A DNA stretch of 63,433 bases, counting the filler, from an uncultured bacterium (lineage in GTDB: Bacteria > Latescibacterota > UBA2968), in assembly GCA_964471275.1 (NCBI GenBank). It is 4 parts of 4 records of this genome, joined end to end, with 100 filler letters (N's around TTAATTAATTAA, not from the genome) between each part and the next. Parts side by side here need not be neighbours in the genome. Positions count along the whole stretch, not along the records: positions 1 to 17,314 come from CAYYGZ010000085.1; positions 17,415 to 34,720 come from CAYYGZ010000086.1; 2 more parts are not named here. One strand, 5' to 3'. Numbering within the stretch: the first letter of the stretch is position 1; each line of letters starts with the position of its first letter. Positions 9,244-19,760 of the stretch are shown here, one piece after another. The position numbers and the translations under genes are program-made. A model generated the notes under the pieces. That model made no database searches. It was given only the letters and a program-made list of their open reading frames with translations, and had not been told where the DNA came from.

Positions 9244-10530
9244 ATGAGCACGGATCTCGCCGTTCACATATCCGAATCACCGCTGGTCGACACCCACGAA
9301 CATCTCAAGAAGGAACCCGAGTGGGTAGAGAATGGACCCGACATCTTGCAGGATCTGTTCGGCAACTACGTCCCTGCAGATCTCAAGACTGCGGGCGCGA
9401 GTCCCGAAGCACTGCAGAACCTGACAGATGGCACGCGTGACATCGCCGGTCGATTCGAAGCCATACGACCAGCGTGGGAGGCCACGCAGCTCACCGGATA
9501 CGGTGAAGCGGTCCGTCTCCTTGCCACCGAATTCTACGAAATCGATGAGCTGACTGTCGCGAGCCTCGAGGGAGCCCAGGACCGGCTCCTGCGGCTCCGT
9601 GAGCCCGGCAAGCGTTACGACATCCTCAAGCGGACGGCCGGCCTCGACCATCTCCAGACCGATGATTTCTGTTGGCCTTGCGTTCCCGACGAGAGCGGTC
9701 CCGACTTCTTCTTGTATGATCTATCGTGGGCAGGCTTTTGCAACGGTTCGATCGATGTACCGGATCTCTTGACAGAGACCGGTATAGAAGTCACCGATCT
9801 CGAGTCGCTCCGCATGGGTATGGCAGCAGTGTTTCACAAGTACGCCGGGTGTGCGATCGCCGTCAAAGCCCAGCACGCGTATAACCGAACACTGACCTGG
9901 GAGGCTCGCTCGGATGACGATGCAGCACGCGCGCTGAACGCGACGCTTTCGGGCTCGCCAACCCTCGAGAATCAGCTTTGCCTGGGCGATTGGTGTTGGG
10001 CACGCGGGGTTGAGCTCGCCATCGAGCACGACCTGCCCTTCAAGATCCACACCGGCTACTATGCCGGTAATGACCGGATGCCCGTCGACCGGATCAAGGC
10101 AGGCAACCTGTGCGCGATCCTGGCGGCGTATCCGCGGGCACGCTTTGTCTTGATGCACATCGCCTATCCCTACAGCCACGAACTCATCGCTCTGGCCAAA
10201 CATTACCCGAACGTCTGGGTCGATCTCTGCTGGGCCTGGTCGATCGATCCGTTCAGCTCTGCAGATTTCGTGCGTCGCTTCATCCACGCCGTTCCCGTGA
10301 ACAAGCTGTTTGGTTTTGGTGGTGACACGGGCTGGCCCACGAGCGCGGCAGCATATGCGATCCAGATGCGGCGCTGGTTCACCCGTGCCCTCCAGACGGA
10401 AATCGATGAGGGTCTCCTGTCTGAGAAGCATGCCATCGAGGCGGCTTCCCGTATCATGCACGAAAACGCCTACGACTGCTTCGACGTCTCCAGGACACAG
10501 ATCCGCATCGCCTCAATACTGGCGTCTTAG
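9244..10530 (+). CDS. amidohydrolase family protein
   Basis: VDTHEH, KIHTGY, VLMHIAYP and FGGD metal-binding motifs. Confidence 0.9.
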   Translation: MSTDLAVHISESPLVDTHEHLKKEPEWVENGPDILQDLFGNYVPADLKTAGASPEALQNLTDGTRDIAGRFEAIRPAWEATQLTGYGEAVRLLATEFYEIDELTVASLEGAQDRLLRLREPGKRYDILKRTAGLDHLQTDDFCWPCVPDESGPDFFLYDLSWAGFCNGSIDVPDLLTETGIEVTDLESLRMGMAAVFHKYAGCAIAVKAQHAYNRTLTWEARSDDDAARALNATLSGSPTLENQLCLGDWCWARGVELAIEHDLPFKIHTGYYAGNDRMPVDRIKAGNLCAILAAYPRARFVLMHIAYPYSHELIALAKHYPNVWVDLCWAWSIDPFSSADFVRRFIHAVPVNKLFGFGGDTGWPTSAAAYAIQMRRWFTRALQTEIDEGLLSEKHAIEAASRIMHENAYDCFDVSRTQIRIASILAS

Positions 10531-10592
10531 TGCTCACGCGGGAGTGACCCGATATTACGGTACTCCCTTCCTCGATGAGGTAGCTTACGGCC

Positions 10593-11459
10593 ATGATTGT
10601 CGTTTCGACTTGGAAATTCGGGTATGATGCCAACCAGAAGGCTTGGTCAATCCTCCAGGACGGGGGTTCTGCTCTGGACGCTGCCGTCGGAGGGGTGACC
10701 GTCGCGGAGTTGGAGCCATCGGTCAGGAGCGTCGGGTATGGCGGCCATCCCAACGCTGACGGCATCGTGCAGGTTGACGCCGCCGTTATGGATGGCCGCA
10801 CGCTCGGTTACGGTGCGGTCGCCGGTCTCGAGGGAATCGCGACACCAGCGGCGGTCGCGCGACGCGTCATGGAAGAAACCGAGCACGTGATGCTCGTCGG
10901 GGAAGGTGCCCGATCGTTCGCAATCGATCAGGGATTCGCCGACCAGGACATGCTGACACCGGATGCACGGGAAGTGTGGGAGGCGTGGCGTTCACGCGGC
11001 CAGGATCAAGATTTCCTGCCCGCGGATAGTCACGACACCATCGGGGCCGTCGCTCTGGACGGCAACGGAGATCTCGCAGCTGTTTGCACAACAAGCGGCA
11101 TCGCCTACAAGCTTCCGGGTCGAGTCGGGGATTCACCCATGATCGGTTGCGGTCTGTACGCGGACAACGAGACAGGCGCTGCCGTCGCGACCGGACGCGG
11201 CGAGGAGATTGCCCGCACCTGCGGTTCTTTCGCAATCGTCAACCTCATGCGGCAGGACCACAGTCCGCAGGAAGCGTGCGAATTGGTCGTCTCACACCTC
11301 GTCGCGCGTGTGCCTGCTTCAGAACGCCACCAGATGGCGTATGCGGCGATCGACAAAGACGGCCGGTTTGGCGCAGCCGCCGCACAGGCCCCGTGGCCGT
11401 ATGCCGTAACAAACGATGATGTGAACGAAATCCGCTCAGGCTTTACGCTGCTGTCGTAG
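10593..11459 (+). CDS. glycosylasparaginase / isoaspartyl peptidase (Ntn hydrolase)
   Basis: VGYGGHP, HDTIG autoproteolysis site, GRVGDSP, ATGRGEE. Confidence 0.93.
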   Translation: MIVVSTWKFGYDANQKAWSILQDGGSALDAAVGGVTVAELEPSVRSVGYGGHPNADGIVQVDAAVMDGRTLGYGAVAGLEGIATPAAVARRVMEETEHVMLVGEGARSFAIDQGFADQDMLTPDAREVWEAWRSRGQDQDFLPADSHDTIGAVALDGNGDLAAVCTTSGIAYKLPGRVGDSPMIGCGLYADNETGAAVATGRGEEIARTCGSFAIVNLMRQDHSPQEACELVVSHLVARVPASERHQMAYAAIDKDGRFGAAAAQAPWPYAVTNDDVNEIRSGFTLLS

Positions 11460-11505
11460 CCCCATTGTATCCTCCGGGGTCGCTTCGGTTCTGGACCTTG
11501 CTGTC

Positions 11506-12315
11506 GTGCAAACGATAACCCTACAGCGGGCACGAACCCTTTTGTGCCTCCTCGTCTTTCCGATCACGTTTGTGTGGCCGGGATGGGACATCTCTGTACA
11601 CGCCAAGCCCACGGCACCGCCCTTCGAGCTGCACACGCCCTCAGGCGACTCTACCATCCATATCGAACCGTTTGACTACCCTTCACAACGCTCCGGATTG
11701 CCCGTGCCTTGGGAGGCCCATAAGGGCATCTGGGGACCGGCGTCCCCAACCGAGATCTACTACACCCTCAGGGACGAAGAGGGGAATCAGTATCTCTCTG
11801 CGGAGACCGAAGACAGTGCGATCGATGCGGGTCGTCCCGCAGAGGTCAACCTCCGCATCCACAACAAGCTGAGGTGGCGATGGCGTGTCTGGAGTCTGCC
11901 GACCGCCGCGGATGAAGAGGTAAAGGACAAGAACGACAGTGGGGCGGCTGTCCGGATCATCTTCCACGGTGGACTTCGCGCCCGGATGCTGAAATACGTG
12001 TGGAGCTCAACGCTCCCGAAGGGAACAGAAACCGAGAGTGCGGGGAACGGCAAGATCAAGGTCATCGTACTGCAAAGCGGAATGAGTCAGGCGGGTGAGT
12101 GGATATGGGAGGAAGTCAACGCATACGAGGACTACAAACGCGTGTTCGGTGGTGAACCGCGTCCGGTCAGAATCCTGGGCATCATCACGGATGCAAACAA
12201 CACGCAGACTCTCTCGAAGGCGGATTACGATGACTTCACCTTCATCAAGGTGCCAACCCGAGAGCCGGCGGAACCAGACACACCCAACACGAACGATGAC
12301 CAGGCCTCCGACTAG
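11506..12315 (+). CDS. DUF3047-like exported protein
   Basis: signal peptide; LRWRWRV, KYVWSS, WIWEEVNAYEDYKRVFG and ITDANNT..ADYDDF pattern. Confidence 0.8.
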   Translation: MQTITLQRARTLLCLLVFPITFVWPGWDISVHAKPTAPPFELHTPSGDSTIHIEPFDYPSQRSGLPVPWEAHKGIWGPASPTEIYYTLRDEEGNQYLSAETEDSAIDAGRPAEVNLRIHNKLRWRWRVWSLPTAADEEVKDKNDSGAAVRIIFHGGLRARMLKYVWSSTLPKGTETESAGNGKIKVIVLQSGMSQAGEWIWEEVNAYEDYKRVFGGEPRPVRILGIITDANNTQTLSKADYDDFTFIKVPTREPAEPDTPNTNDDQASD

Positions 12316-12388
12316 AATTGAAGCTGCGGAGCGCTCAGGGATAACAGCGAGAATGACAGAACATACCGGATCACTAAGGAGGAGGGAC

Positions 12389-13621
12389 ATGTCACGCACA
12401 ACCGTGCAATGCCGAAGGCCGCTGTGGAGTCGGCTATACAGAAGCCTTACCGAGGCCGGATCACCCCGGGCATACAGCCTGCTGGCCGCGGCGGTCATTC
12501 TGTTGACGGGAACGGGTGCGCCTGGCCAGAACGTCTCGGTTAGCGATTACAGCGTCCCCGTCAGCCGGGCAGACAACCTGAGGATCGATGCGCTCAGTCT
12601 CGATTATCAATCTGTGGGCGACTCGATCGTCTCACAGACAGGAAATCTGGTCCTCGTCTACAAGAAATTTTATGAGTCGCTCCCATTCGCCTATTCCATC
12701 GACTTGATCGGATCGGCATCGTTCCGGAGGGACACTCAGAACGACAAGCTCACGGGAGATGCCCAATCGAACCTGCTGACACGGGTCAAGAAGTATCGGC
12801 GAGATGAAGGGAATTTCTTTGCCTTCGGTGAGACGGACTTCGATATCGATGAGGACAACGAACGACCGGGGCTGGACACGACCATTGGTTTCGGTTGGGG
12901 TCGTTTTATCAACGCCACCGCACTCAGAAAGGCTGTTCGCATCGAGGACTTCCTCCTTGATGAGGGCATCATATCCGAGCGGCTGCCGAGAGATTCGATG
13001 ATTGAGCTGGGTCACATCATCGAAAAGGAGGCAGAGTACCGGGAGTTGTATGGGGATCGCTACCAGAACTACTGGTATGAGGACATGCAGAACGAAATAC
13101 AGAAATCACGTAAAGTGCTGGGTAGCATCGGCGCGATCGGCGTCCTCCGGATGCAGGAAGTGCTCGAGAAGGAACGAATCAACGAGCGATTCTACGGTTG
13201 GGACCTTTCTGCGGGCATCCAGCTCGAAGCCCTGACGCCGAACAGGGGAGAGCTCAGAGATGATCCTGCTTTCTCGCTCGGACTTCGATACTCCCGTCCG
13301 ATCAGTTGGAGCACCCAGATCAACACCGACTTCAACATCAACACACCGTTCAGCGGCGATTTTGGTCGGCGATACAACATCGACTGGCAGACCGACTTCA
13401 TCTATGAGATCTCGAACAAGATCAACCTCACCTTCGTGCATCTACTCAGTCTGAGCAAGAAGGAGGACGAGAAAGCACAACACGACAACATAGGATCTGC
13501 AGGATTCAACTTCTTCATCGAGAACAAGATCAACCTGAACGCAGCCTTCGTGATGCGAAAGGACGAAACCAATCCCTGGCATCTCAGCTTCACCACGGGT
13601 TTGAGTTACCGCATATTCTAA
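12389..13621 (+). CDS. hypothetical exported protein, probably an outer-membrane beta-barrel
   Basis: AAGGAGGAGG RBS before ATG 12389; hydrophobic leader; alternating beta-strand pattern; ends GLSYRIF (terminal Phe). Confidence 0.7.
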   Translation: MSRTTVQCRRPLWSRLYRSLTEAGSPRAYSLLAAAVILLTGTGAPGQNVSVSDYSVPVSRADNLRIDALSLDYQSVGDSIVSQTGNLVLVYKKFYESLPFAYSIDLIGSASFRRDTQNDKLTGDAQSNLLTRVKKYRRDEGNFFAFGETDFDIDEDNERPGLDTTIGFGWGRFINATALRKAVRIEDFLLDEGIISERLPRDSMIELGHIIEKEAEYRELYGDRYQNYWYEDMQNEIQKSRKVLGSIGAIGVLRMQEVLEKERINERFYGWDLSAGIQLEALTPNRGELRDDPAFSLGLRYSRPISWSTQINTDFNINTPFSGDFGRRYNIDWQTDFIYEISNKINLTFVHLLSLSKKEDEKAQHDNIGSAGFNFFIENKINLNAAFVMRKDETNPWHLSFTTGLSYRIF

Positions 13622-13627
13622 ACAGAA

Positions 13628-13657
13628 AACGCGCGGGAACCGAAGCTCCCACGCGTT
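13628..13657. terminator. hairpin between convergent genes
   Basis: aacgcgcggga...tcccacgcgtt. Confidence 0.55.
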
Positions 13658-13674
13658 ACGTATCCTTCCGAAGA

Positions 13675-15918
13675 CTAGAGCGAACGAACCGCTTCCACCA
13701 GATTCTCTGCCGTAATTCCGAAGTGTTCCCAGGTCGCCAGGTGCCCTTCGGACGGGGCGATGGTGGGATCGACGATTCCCACGTGCGCCACCGGTGTTGC
13801 CGAAGAAATGGCCGCCGACTGAACAAGCGAAGCAAAGCCTCTGATACCCACGGTCGGATTACCGATCAGCCCATCCTCGACAGTCACGACCCCCCCATCG
13901 TAGTTCCCGACCAGATCCGCCAGCACACCGTCACCAAGCGGCAGTGCGTTGACCACAAAGACATCCACCGGATCCTCTGACTTCAGTGTTTCCGCAGCAT
14001 CGCGGGCCAGGTATGCCGGTGCTCCCATCGCCAGGATCGCCTTCTTCGCCCCAGCATATCGTCGATACTCCGTTACATCCTCCCACGCCGAATCCGCGTC
14101 CCACAATGCACCGGATCCATCCTGCTTTTCGAGTACGGGAAGGTTGTCGCGCGGAATCCCGATGATGTGACCTCCGTAGTTCTCCGCGATATCCCGAACC
14201 GACACAAAAGCGGCTCGTGCATCAGCCGGAGCGTAAAATCGGTGGAGGTAGGGCAGATACCCCATGGCGAGCGTAATCCAGTCCAGGCTCCAGCCGGAGA
14301 AATGATCCCTGCCGGTGCAGGCCCCCACGTGCGACAGATGCATCGTCACGTTCAACCCCTCGTTCACACCGTCGAGGTTACGATGATATCGCCAGAGTTC
14401 GAACCCTTCGCGCGCGATACCCTCGAAGAAGGCAGCGAAGGTCGCGAACACGGCCATCTGCGGCTTGGTGCTGCTCATAGACAAACCATTGGCCACAAGT
14501 GACGATGCCTGCTCGGTGATCCCCATCTCGAAGGCGTGATTCGCGTCAACGCAGGCTCTGGCCTTGTCCAGCTTGGTCGAGGGATCGAGATCACAGGAAA
14601 CGGTGAAGAATGATTCCGGATGCGCTCTGGCCACAACCTCGTAGCCCAGCTGAGTCCCATTCCTTGCAGATACGGACTCACCGGCTTCCGGCAGGGAGAG
14701 CTCCTCAAGCTGCTGAGCCGTGATCTCCAAATTCTTGCTGCCGGGCTTGGGTCGGGCCGTCGTCGTCTTGGTCTTCGCTGAGGCGCGCGCATCCTGTAAC
14801 GCCCCGACTTCCTCTCCGATCTCGGCGAACATCGGCGTAGACAGGACTTCGTCGAGGTTTCGTCCCTTCATGTGACCGTCGTGATGTCCAGCGCCGCCCG
14901 GGAGCCCGTTTACGTGGAAGATGCACTCGAACATCGGGATGACATCCCGGTAGCTCATCAATGAGCCCGGCACCCAGACTTCGGTGTCCAGAGAGACACT
15001 GTTCCCTGCAGCAAAGCTCTCGAGTTCACTGGACACACCCAGCGACTCACCGAACGAGGCAAGGGTAACGCCCTCGGCACCCGTTGGATAGATAAGTACG
15101 GGGTTGCCACTTCGCGCCTGCCGAGCGGCTTCCCGATACGCGTCGAACAGAACAGCCTGATCGTGGAGAGATGAGACCTCGAGAATCTCGACGCCCATCG
15201 CCGCAATCAAATGACGTGGATCCTTATCGATGATCTTGTCCGTGGTGTTCGACAACTGGATCCCGTTACGATTCATCACAAAGACAATCGGTGCACCGTG
15301 CAGGTCAGCGCCCATAAAACCGTTCAGAGCCTGACCGGACACCCAACCGGCGTCGCCGCAATGGCAGAAGACCAAACCTTCGTCCCCGTGATGGGCTCTC
15401 AGTCCGAGCGCAAGACCGACTGCGACCGGAACCATCACGCCAAGCCGCCCGCCGCTCAGTTCTGTCCCGCCCGGGAGCCACGAGACATGGCCGGTAATGT
15501 CAAGCCCACGACGAAACTGATCGATCACAAGCTGGGGATCCAGGTATCCCCATGCAGCAAGCGTTGAGAAATAACCGATGCTGGTGTGAGCGTGCTCGAT
15601 CGTGTATCGAACCGCTTCACTCCCCGAAACCGCCATCGTCATGTTGAGACCCGGAATCAGCTCCAACCCGCCGCCGAGATGGTCGAGCTCACCTATCTCT
15701 GCCAGGGAAGCCAACGAGGACAACGCGGTGCGCGCCGCGTCCTTTTCTAACGCCCGGAGCAGGTGGACATCCCGGTTCCCGAGCCCGTCACCCGATGTCA
15801 GATCGAGTCCGAAATCCACAACCTCGGACGTGACTGACGAACGCATATATCGCGATCCATCGATCAGGGCACGATTCCGCTGATTCTGCTGATCCAAGGC
15901 CTGCTGCGCGTTACGCAT
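13675..15918 (-). CDS. divergent transketolase-like TPP-dependent enzyme
   Basis: HLGGGL, GDAG..N TPP motif, FEMGITEQ, ATFAAF, C-terminal TK domain (VTVEDG, HFGITAE). Confidence 0.8.
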   Translation of the reverse strand: MRNAQQALDQQNQRNRALIDGSRYMRSSVTSEVVDFGLDLTSGDGLGNRDVHLLRALEKDAARTALSSLASLAEIGELDHLGGGLELIPGLNMTMAVSGSEAVRYTIEHAHTSIGYFSTLAAWGYLDPQLVIDQFRRGLDITGHVSWLPGGTELSGGRLGVMVPVAVGLALGLRAHHGDEGLVFCHCGDAGWVSGQALNGFMGADLHGAPIVFVMNRNGIQLSNTTDKIIDKDPRHLIAAMGVEILEVSSLHDQAVLFDAYREAARQARSGNPVLIYPTGAEGVTLASFGESLGVSSELESFAAGNSVSLDTEVWVPGSLMSYRDVIPMFECIFHVNGLPGGAGHHDGHMKGRNLDEVLSTPMFAEIGEEVGALQDARASAKTKTTTARPKPGSKNLEITAQQLEELSLPEAGESVSARNGTQLGYEVVARAHPESFFTVSCDLDPSTKLDKARACVDANHAFEMGITEQASSLVANGLSMSSTKPQMAVFATFAAFFEGIAREGFELWRYHRNLDGVNEGLNVTMHLSHVGACTGRDHFSGWSLDWITLAMGYLPYLHRFYAPADARAAFVSVRDIAENYGGHIIGIPRDNLPVLEKQDGSGALWDADSAWEDVTEYRRYAGAKKAILAMGAPAYLARDAAETLKSEDPVDVFVVNALPLGDGVLADLVGNYDGGVVTVEDGLIGNPTVGIRGFASLVQSAAISSATPVAHVGIVDPTIAPSEGHLATWEHFGITAENLVEAVRSL

Positions 15919-16124
15919 CGAATCCCCCTGTCCCTTCCTTGTCCGTTCCAGTCACTCGAAATCCGTGTCGGCACTAAAATACATGGTTGGCCTCAAAAGG
16001 CCAGACCAAACAGCGTGAATCCGGCATTCTCAGCACACATAAGGGACAAAATCGCTGGTAAGGCCGATTGGGGTATTGTATTTTTAGACCACAACGGAAG
16101 ACCACGCCAATCAAAGGATCAAGG

Positions 16125-16895
16125 ATGCCCGACACAGTTGTCGCCGCTCAGATGTATACACTCAGGGAATTCACAAAAATTCCTGCAGACATTGCCAGTT
16201 CGCTCAAACGCGTTGCCGGGATGGGCTACAAAGCCGTACAACTCTCAGGCCTTGGACCGATCGACACGACCGAGCTAAAGAAGATCTGCGATGGCGAGGG
16301 TCTTAACGTGTGTGCAACACACGTAGGCTATGACAGGCTCAAGGATGAAACATCCGCCGTAATCGATGAACACGCCATCCTCGACTGCAAGTACCCCGCA
16401 ATTGGCGGGCTCCCGAAGAAATACCGGGACGACGGGGCCAAGGGGTTCATCACCTTCGCTAGGGAAGCTTCCGAGGTAGCGCGCAAGCTGTCCGACGCCG
16501 GCCTGACGTTCGGCTACCACAACCACAGCTTCGAACTCGAGAAATTTGACGGACGGACAGCCCTGCAGATCCTCTTTGACGAAAGCGATGCCGAGGTCTT
16601 CCAATTCGAGATCGACGTCTACTGGATCCAGCACGGGGGTGCCGATCCGGCTGCCTGGATCCAAAAGGTCAAGGGACGGGCAGACCTGGTACACGTAAAA
16701 GACATGGAGATGAAGGGTCGTGAGCAGTTGTTCTCGGAAGTCGGTGAAGGCAACCTGAATTGGCCATCTATCCTGGAGGCTTGTCGCGAAGCCGGCACTC
16801 GCTGGTACATCGTTGAGCAGGATCGCTGTCAGCGGGACCCCTTCGACAGCCTGGCTATCAGTCTCAGGAACCTCTCGGAGATGGGACTCGACTAG
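16125..16895 (+). CDS. sugar phosphate isomerase/epimerase (TIM barrel)
   Basis: AQMYTLR, YHNHSFE, EIDVYW, HVKD, VEQD. Confidence 0.92.
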   Translation: MPDTVVAAQMYTLREFTKIPADIASSLKRVAGMGYKAVQLSGLGPIDTTELKKICDGEGLNVCATHVGYDRLKDETSAVIDEHAILDCKYPAIGGLPKKYRDDGAKGFITFAREASEVARKLSDAGLTFGYHNHSFELEKFDGRTALQILFDESDAEVFQFEIDVYWIQHGGADPAAWIQKVKGRADLVHVKDMEMKGREQLFSEVGEGNLNWPSILEACREAGTRWYIVEQDRCQRDPFDSLAISLRNLSEMGLD

Positions 16896-17314
16896 GATGG
16901 GACAACCCTGATCCCTGCCGGACCATCTGACAGAGGAGGGCTACACGCCTCGAGGGATCGACGCTTTCTCGATCGAGGAAGTCGTTGATTTCATCGACAG
17001 CATTCTCTGCGGAGATTGCCAGATGAATGCGCGATCGCAGCTCGAGCGATCAGTCTCGAGGTTCTTCGAGGCCTTCGTGAAGGGCGCACGCTGTTTTCTT
17101 GCGCTGGAGAAGGGGGGGGCACCTGTGCGACGGCCGTTGGAACGAGCGGGTTCTAATCGGACAACAGGCCCACGTGCGATGTGCCGGCTCCATCTGGTGC
17201 CCGGGATCCGGAAATCACCTCGTCGGATCCGCCATTCTCCTTAACGGCTTCCGCGTCGGCTGTAGAGTCGGTGGCATTCCCTGCGATTGTCTCTTCATCC
17301 GGGTCCAGCTCATC

Positions 17315-17414
17315 NNNNNNNNNNNNNNNNNNNNNNNNNNNNNNNNNNNNNNNNNNNNTTAATTAATTAANNNNNNNNNNNNNNNNNNNNNNNNNNNNNN
17401 NNNNNNNNNNNNNN
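17315..17414. other. artificial contig-joining spacer
   Basis: N-run, TTAATTAATTAA (stops in all six frames), N-run. Confidence 0.97.
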
Positions 17415-17598
17415 ACATTACCAAGTTGGTGAGCACGTTGTAGCGCGTGAAGACGAAATGACTGTACCTCGTCCTCGAGGGTCGATGTTCCTCCAGGACA
17501 AGTTGCGGGCAAACAACTCTTCCGTAGAATCTTAGGTGACCCTCATTTCTCTGGGAACAAGGTCCTAACCTGTTAACACTATTCTGAAACAGTGCAAC

Positions 17599-18945
17599 CT
17601 AGAACGTCCGCTCACGCCACATCGGATTGTTCAATTCTCCAGGGTAGCTTGAGTGGACAAGCTCGTAGTATCCCAGCGCATTCCGATCCTGAAAAACGAA
17701 CTCATAGCGTCCGTAGTACCAGACCTCAAACGGCTTCGTGCCAGTTCCAGACGCATCACGTTCGATATCGTCGGGTGCACCGTACTGGACATGCACCCTT
17801 CCCATGTGCGTTTCGGATCCCGATTGGCCCGCACGGCCAGAGAAGTAGTCATCACAGTGTTTCATACGACGCAGGTGCTCGATCAACCGTTCATTGATGT
17901 CCGTCCCGGGCGTCGGATCGAACTTCTTCCAGAACTGTCTCAGGAATTTCATCTGTGCCTGGTCATCGCCCTTCAGCTGATCATACACCCTCTTGTCGTC
18001 CTTGGTAGCCAGAACATTGATCGATCGGTAGTAGCGGAGCTGACGCAGCTGATCCTCGGTCAACTCCTCCTGGGCCGGGGATTCGTCGGATGCGAGTAGA
18101 ACGGAACGTCGCCGCTTCACGTGTTGTCGACTTCCCGAATCAAACGCTTCGATCTGAAAGTAATAGCGACCAGGGCTGAGCCCTTCTGTGGGCGCGGTAA
18201 CGGTTTTGACGGCGCTTGCCCCTGGCTTCTGAAGACGCGTTGCCGGAAATGTCTTCACTGTCACACCACCCGTATCCATCAGGCTGTAGCCGAGAACAAA
18301 CGTCTTTGACCGGGCATCATCGCCATCCGACAGGTTGTATAGCTCGACGTATGCACTCAGGGGCTCGCCAAGTAAGTGCTGTCTTGTCGTGTTGGGCACG
18401 ACATCCATGCCTGACTTCGTGAATTTCGAATCCTTCTCTGCTGGCGTGACACGGGTTGCCAGGATCAGATCGCTTGCAGACAGCTGATCGTCTCCCATAT
18501 CGGGCACTGTAATCGGCAGACTCAACTCACCCGCCTTGTCCCCGAACATGTCTTCGATCGAAACGGTAGCGGTGTAGTCACCGGCAGCGACCTGAATCCC
18601 GGTGACATCGCGGTATGGGGCGCCGCCTTCTCCGAGCTTGGACAGATCCTTTACGGATAGACGGCGTGTCCAGGAACTCTCACCGACAGTGTTCCCGGTA
18701 GAATCTGCGAGCGTAACAGACATGTCCATCTCGCACACAAACTGCCCACCCTCCGGGACATACTGAAGCTGACCAACCTCGAGCAGGAAATAGAACTCGA
18801 CCAGCGATCGGCCAGTTGCACCTTTGAAGGCAGCTTGATCCACAAAAAAGCGCAGCCCATCAATGCTTCGACCTGGCCAGTCGTCCGCCTTGGCGGACAG
18901 AGCCAGCGTCAGCACGGTTGCAGCGGCCACCATTCCCCTGATCAT
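17599..18945 (-). CDS. GWxTD-domain exported protein with variant motif
   Basis: signal peptide; FWKKFDPTPGTDINE, GSETHMGRVHVQYGAPDDIER, EVWYY. Confidence 0.85.
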   Translation of the reverse strand: MIRGMVAAATVLTLALSAKADDWPGRSIDGLRFFVDQAAFKGATGRSLVEFYFLLEVGQLQYVPEGGQFVCEMDMSVTLADSTGNTVGESSWTRRLSVKDLSKLGEGGAPYRDVTGIQVAAGDYTATVSIEDMFGDKAGELSLPITVPDMGDDQLSASDLILATRVTPAEKDSKFTKSGMDVVPNTTRQHLLGEPLSAYVELYNLSDGDDARSKTFVLGYSLMDTGGVTVKTFPATRLQKPGASAVKTVTAPTEGLSPGRYYFQIEAFDSGSRQHVKRRRSVLLASDESPAQEELTEDQLRQLRYYRSINVLATKDDKRVYDQLKGDDQAQMKFLRQFWKKFDPTPGTDINERLIEHLRRMKHCDDYFSGRAGQSGSETHMGRVHVQYGAPDDIERDASGTGTKPFEVWYYGRYEFVFQDRNALGYYELVHSSYPGELNNPMWRERTF

Positions 18946-19021
18946 CCTGAACCCTTTCGCTTATTCTATAGCGACACGTATCTGTAGATATTATTCCCGA
19001 GATCAGCCGTGGAGTCAATGT

Positions 19022-19639
19022 TCAGACGGCGATTTCGATCGATTCCTTCAGACGCTGGAGAACCAGATCTACGTCCGCATACCCCTTGGTCAACCAGACA
19101 AACCGCTCGGCATCCGTCTTGTAGATCAAGCTGGGGAACGCATTGGCGTTCATCGACCGGCGAACGTCGAAGCCTTCCTGTAACTCGTTCTCCACATCCG
19201 TTGACGCGACATCAACGCCGAAACGATCCCGATCGAGCCCGATCTCTTCCGCCACATCGCTGAGTGTGGCGATGTCAGAGGGATTCCGCACCTCCAGATA
19301 GTATGCGCGTTGGATCGCTTCGAACATTGCCCGTAAACGCGCCTGGTGCCCGGCCGCGAGGACGGCGCGACAGGCTGGATAGGTAGAGCGCCTTGGCCGA
19401 CACTGCTCCCAGAATTTCCAGTTGAACTCCGCTCCCGACGTGGCCGACACCTTCCGCCATTGATCCTGTACATATTTCTGTACCTCCTCAGGCATCGGTT
19501 CGTCCGAATCGCGAGCCAGACCGCCCATCACATACTGCACAGGCGTATCTCCCACGACTCGATGCACCTGTTCCATCGTGGATTGGAACCCCCAGCACCA
19601 CGAGCACATCGGATCGGCCACATAGATAAGTTGAGCCAT
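19022..19639 (-). CDS. DsbA family thioredoxin-fold protein
   Basis: YVADPMCSWCWGF CxxC motif; STYPACRAV; cis-Pro loop FPS. Confidence 0.92.
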   Translation of the reverse strand: MAQLIYVADPMCSWCWGFQSTMEQVHRVVGDTPVQYVMGGLARDSDEPMPEEVQKYVQDQWRKVSATSGAEFNWKFWEQCRPRRSTYPACRAVLAAGHQARLRAMFEAIQRAYYLEVRNPSDIATLSDVAEEIGLDRDRFGVDVASTDVENELQEGFDVRRSMNANAFPSLIYKTDAERFVWLTKGYADVDLVLQRLKESIEIAV

Positions 19640-19760
19640 AGGCCAAAAGCTAAGGGTAGCCCACATAATGTTCAACACGTATGTACGAAAAAAGGTCATC
19701 CGATATATCTGGATGACCTTCAGAACCCGACAGTCAACGTAGTGGCGTTGCGCGATCTGA

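Noticed and set aside
16897..17314. Minus-strand acidic/proline-rich reading at the contig end
   Set aside because: Probably the decayed 3' end of a gene, but it is interrupted by stops and has no recognisable family, so it cannot be called.
17315..17414. TTAATTAATTAA palindrome repeated three times in the window
   Set aside because: Always centred in N-runs; it is a synthetic six-frame-stop contig linker, not biology.
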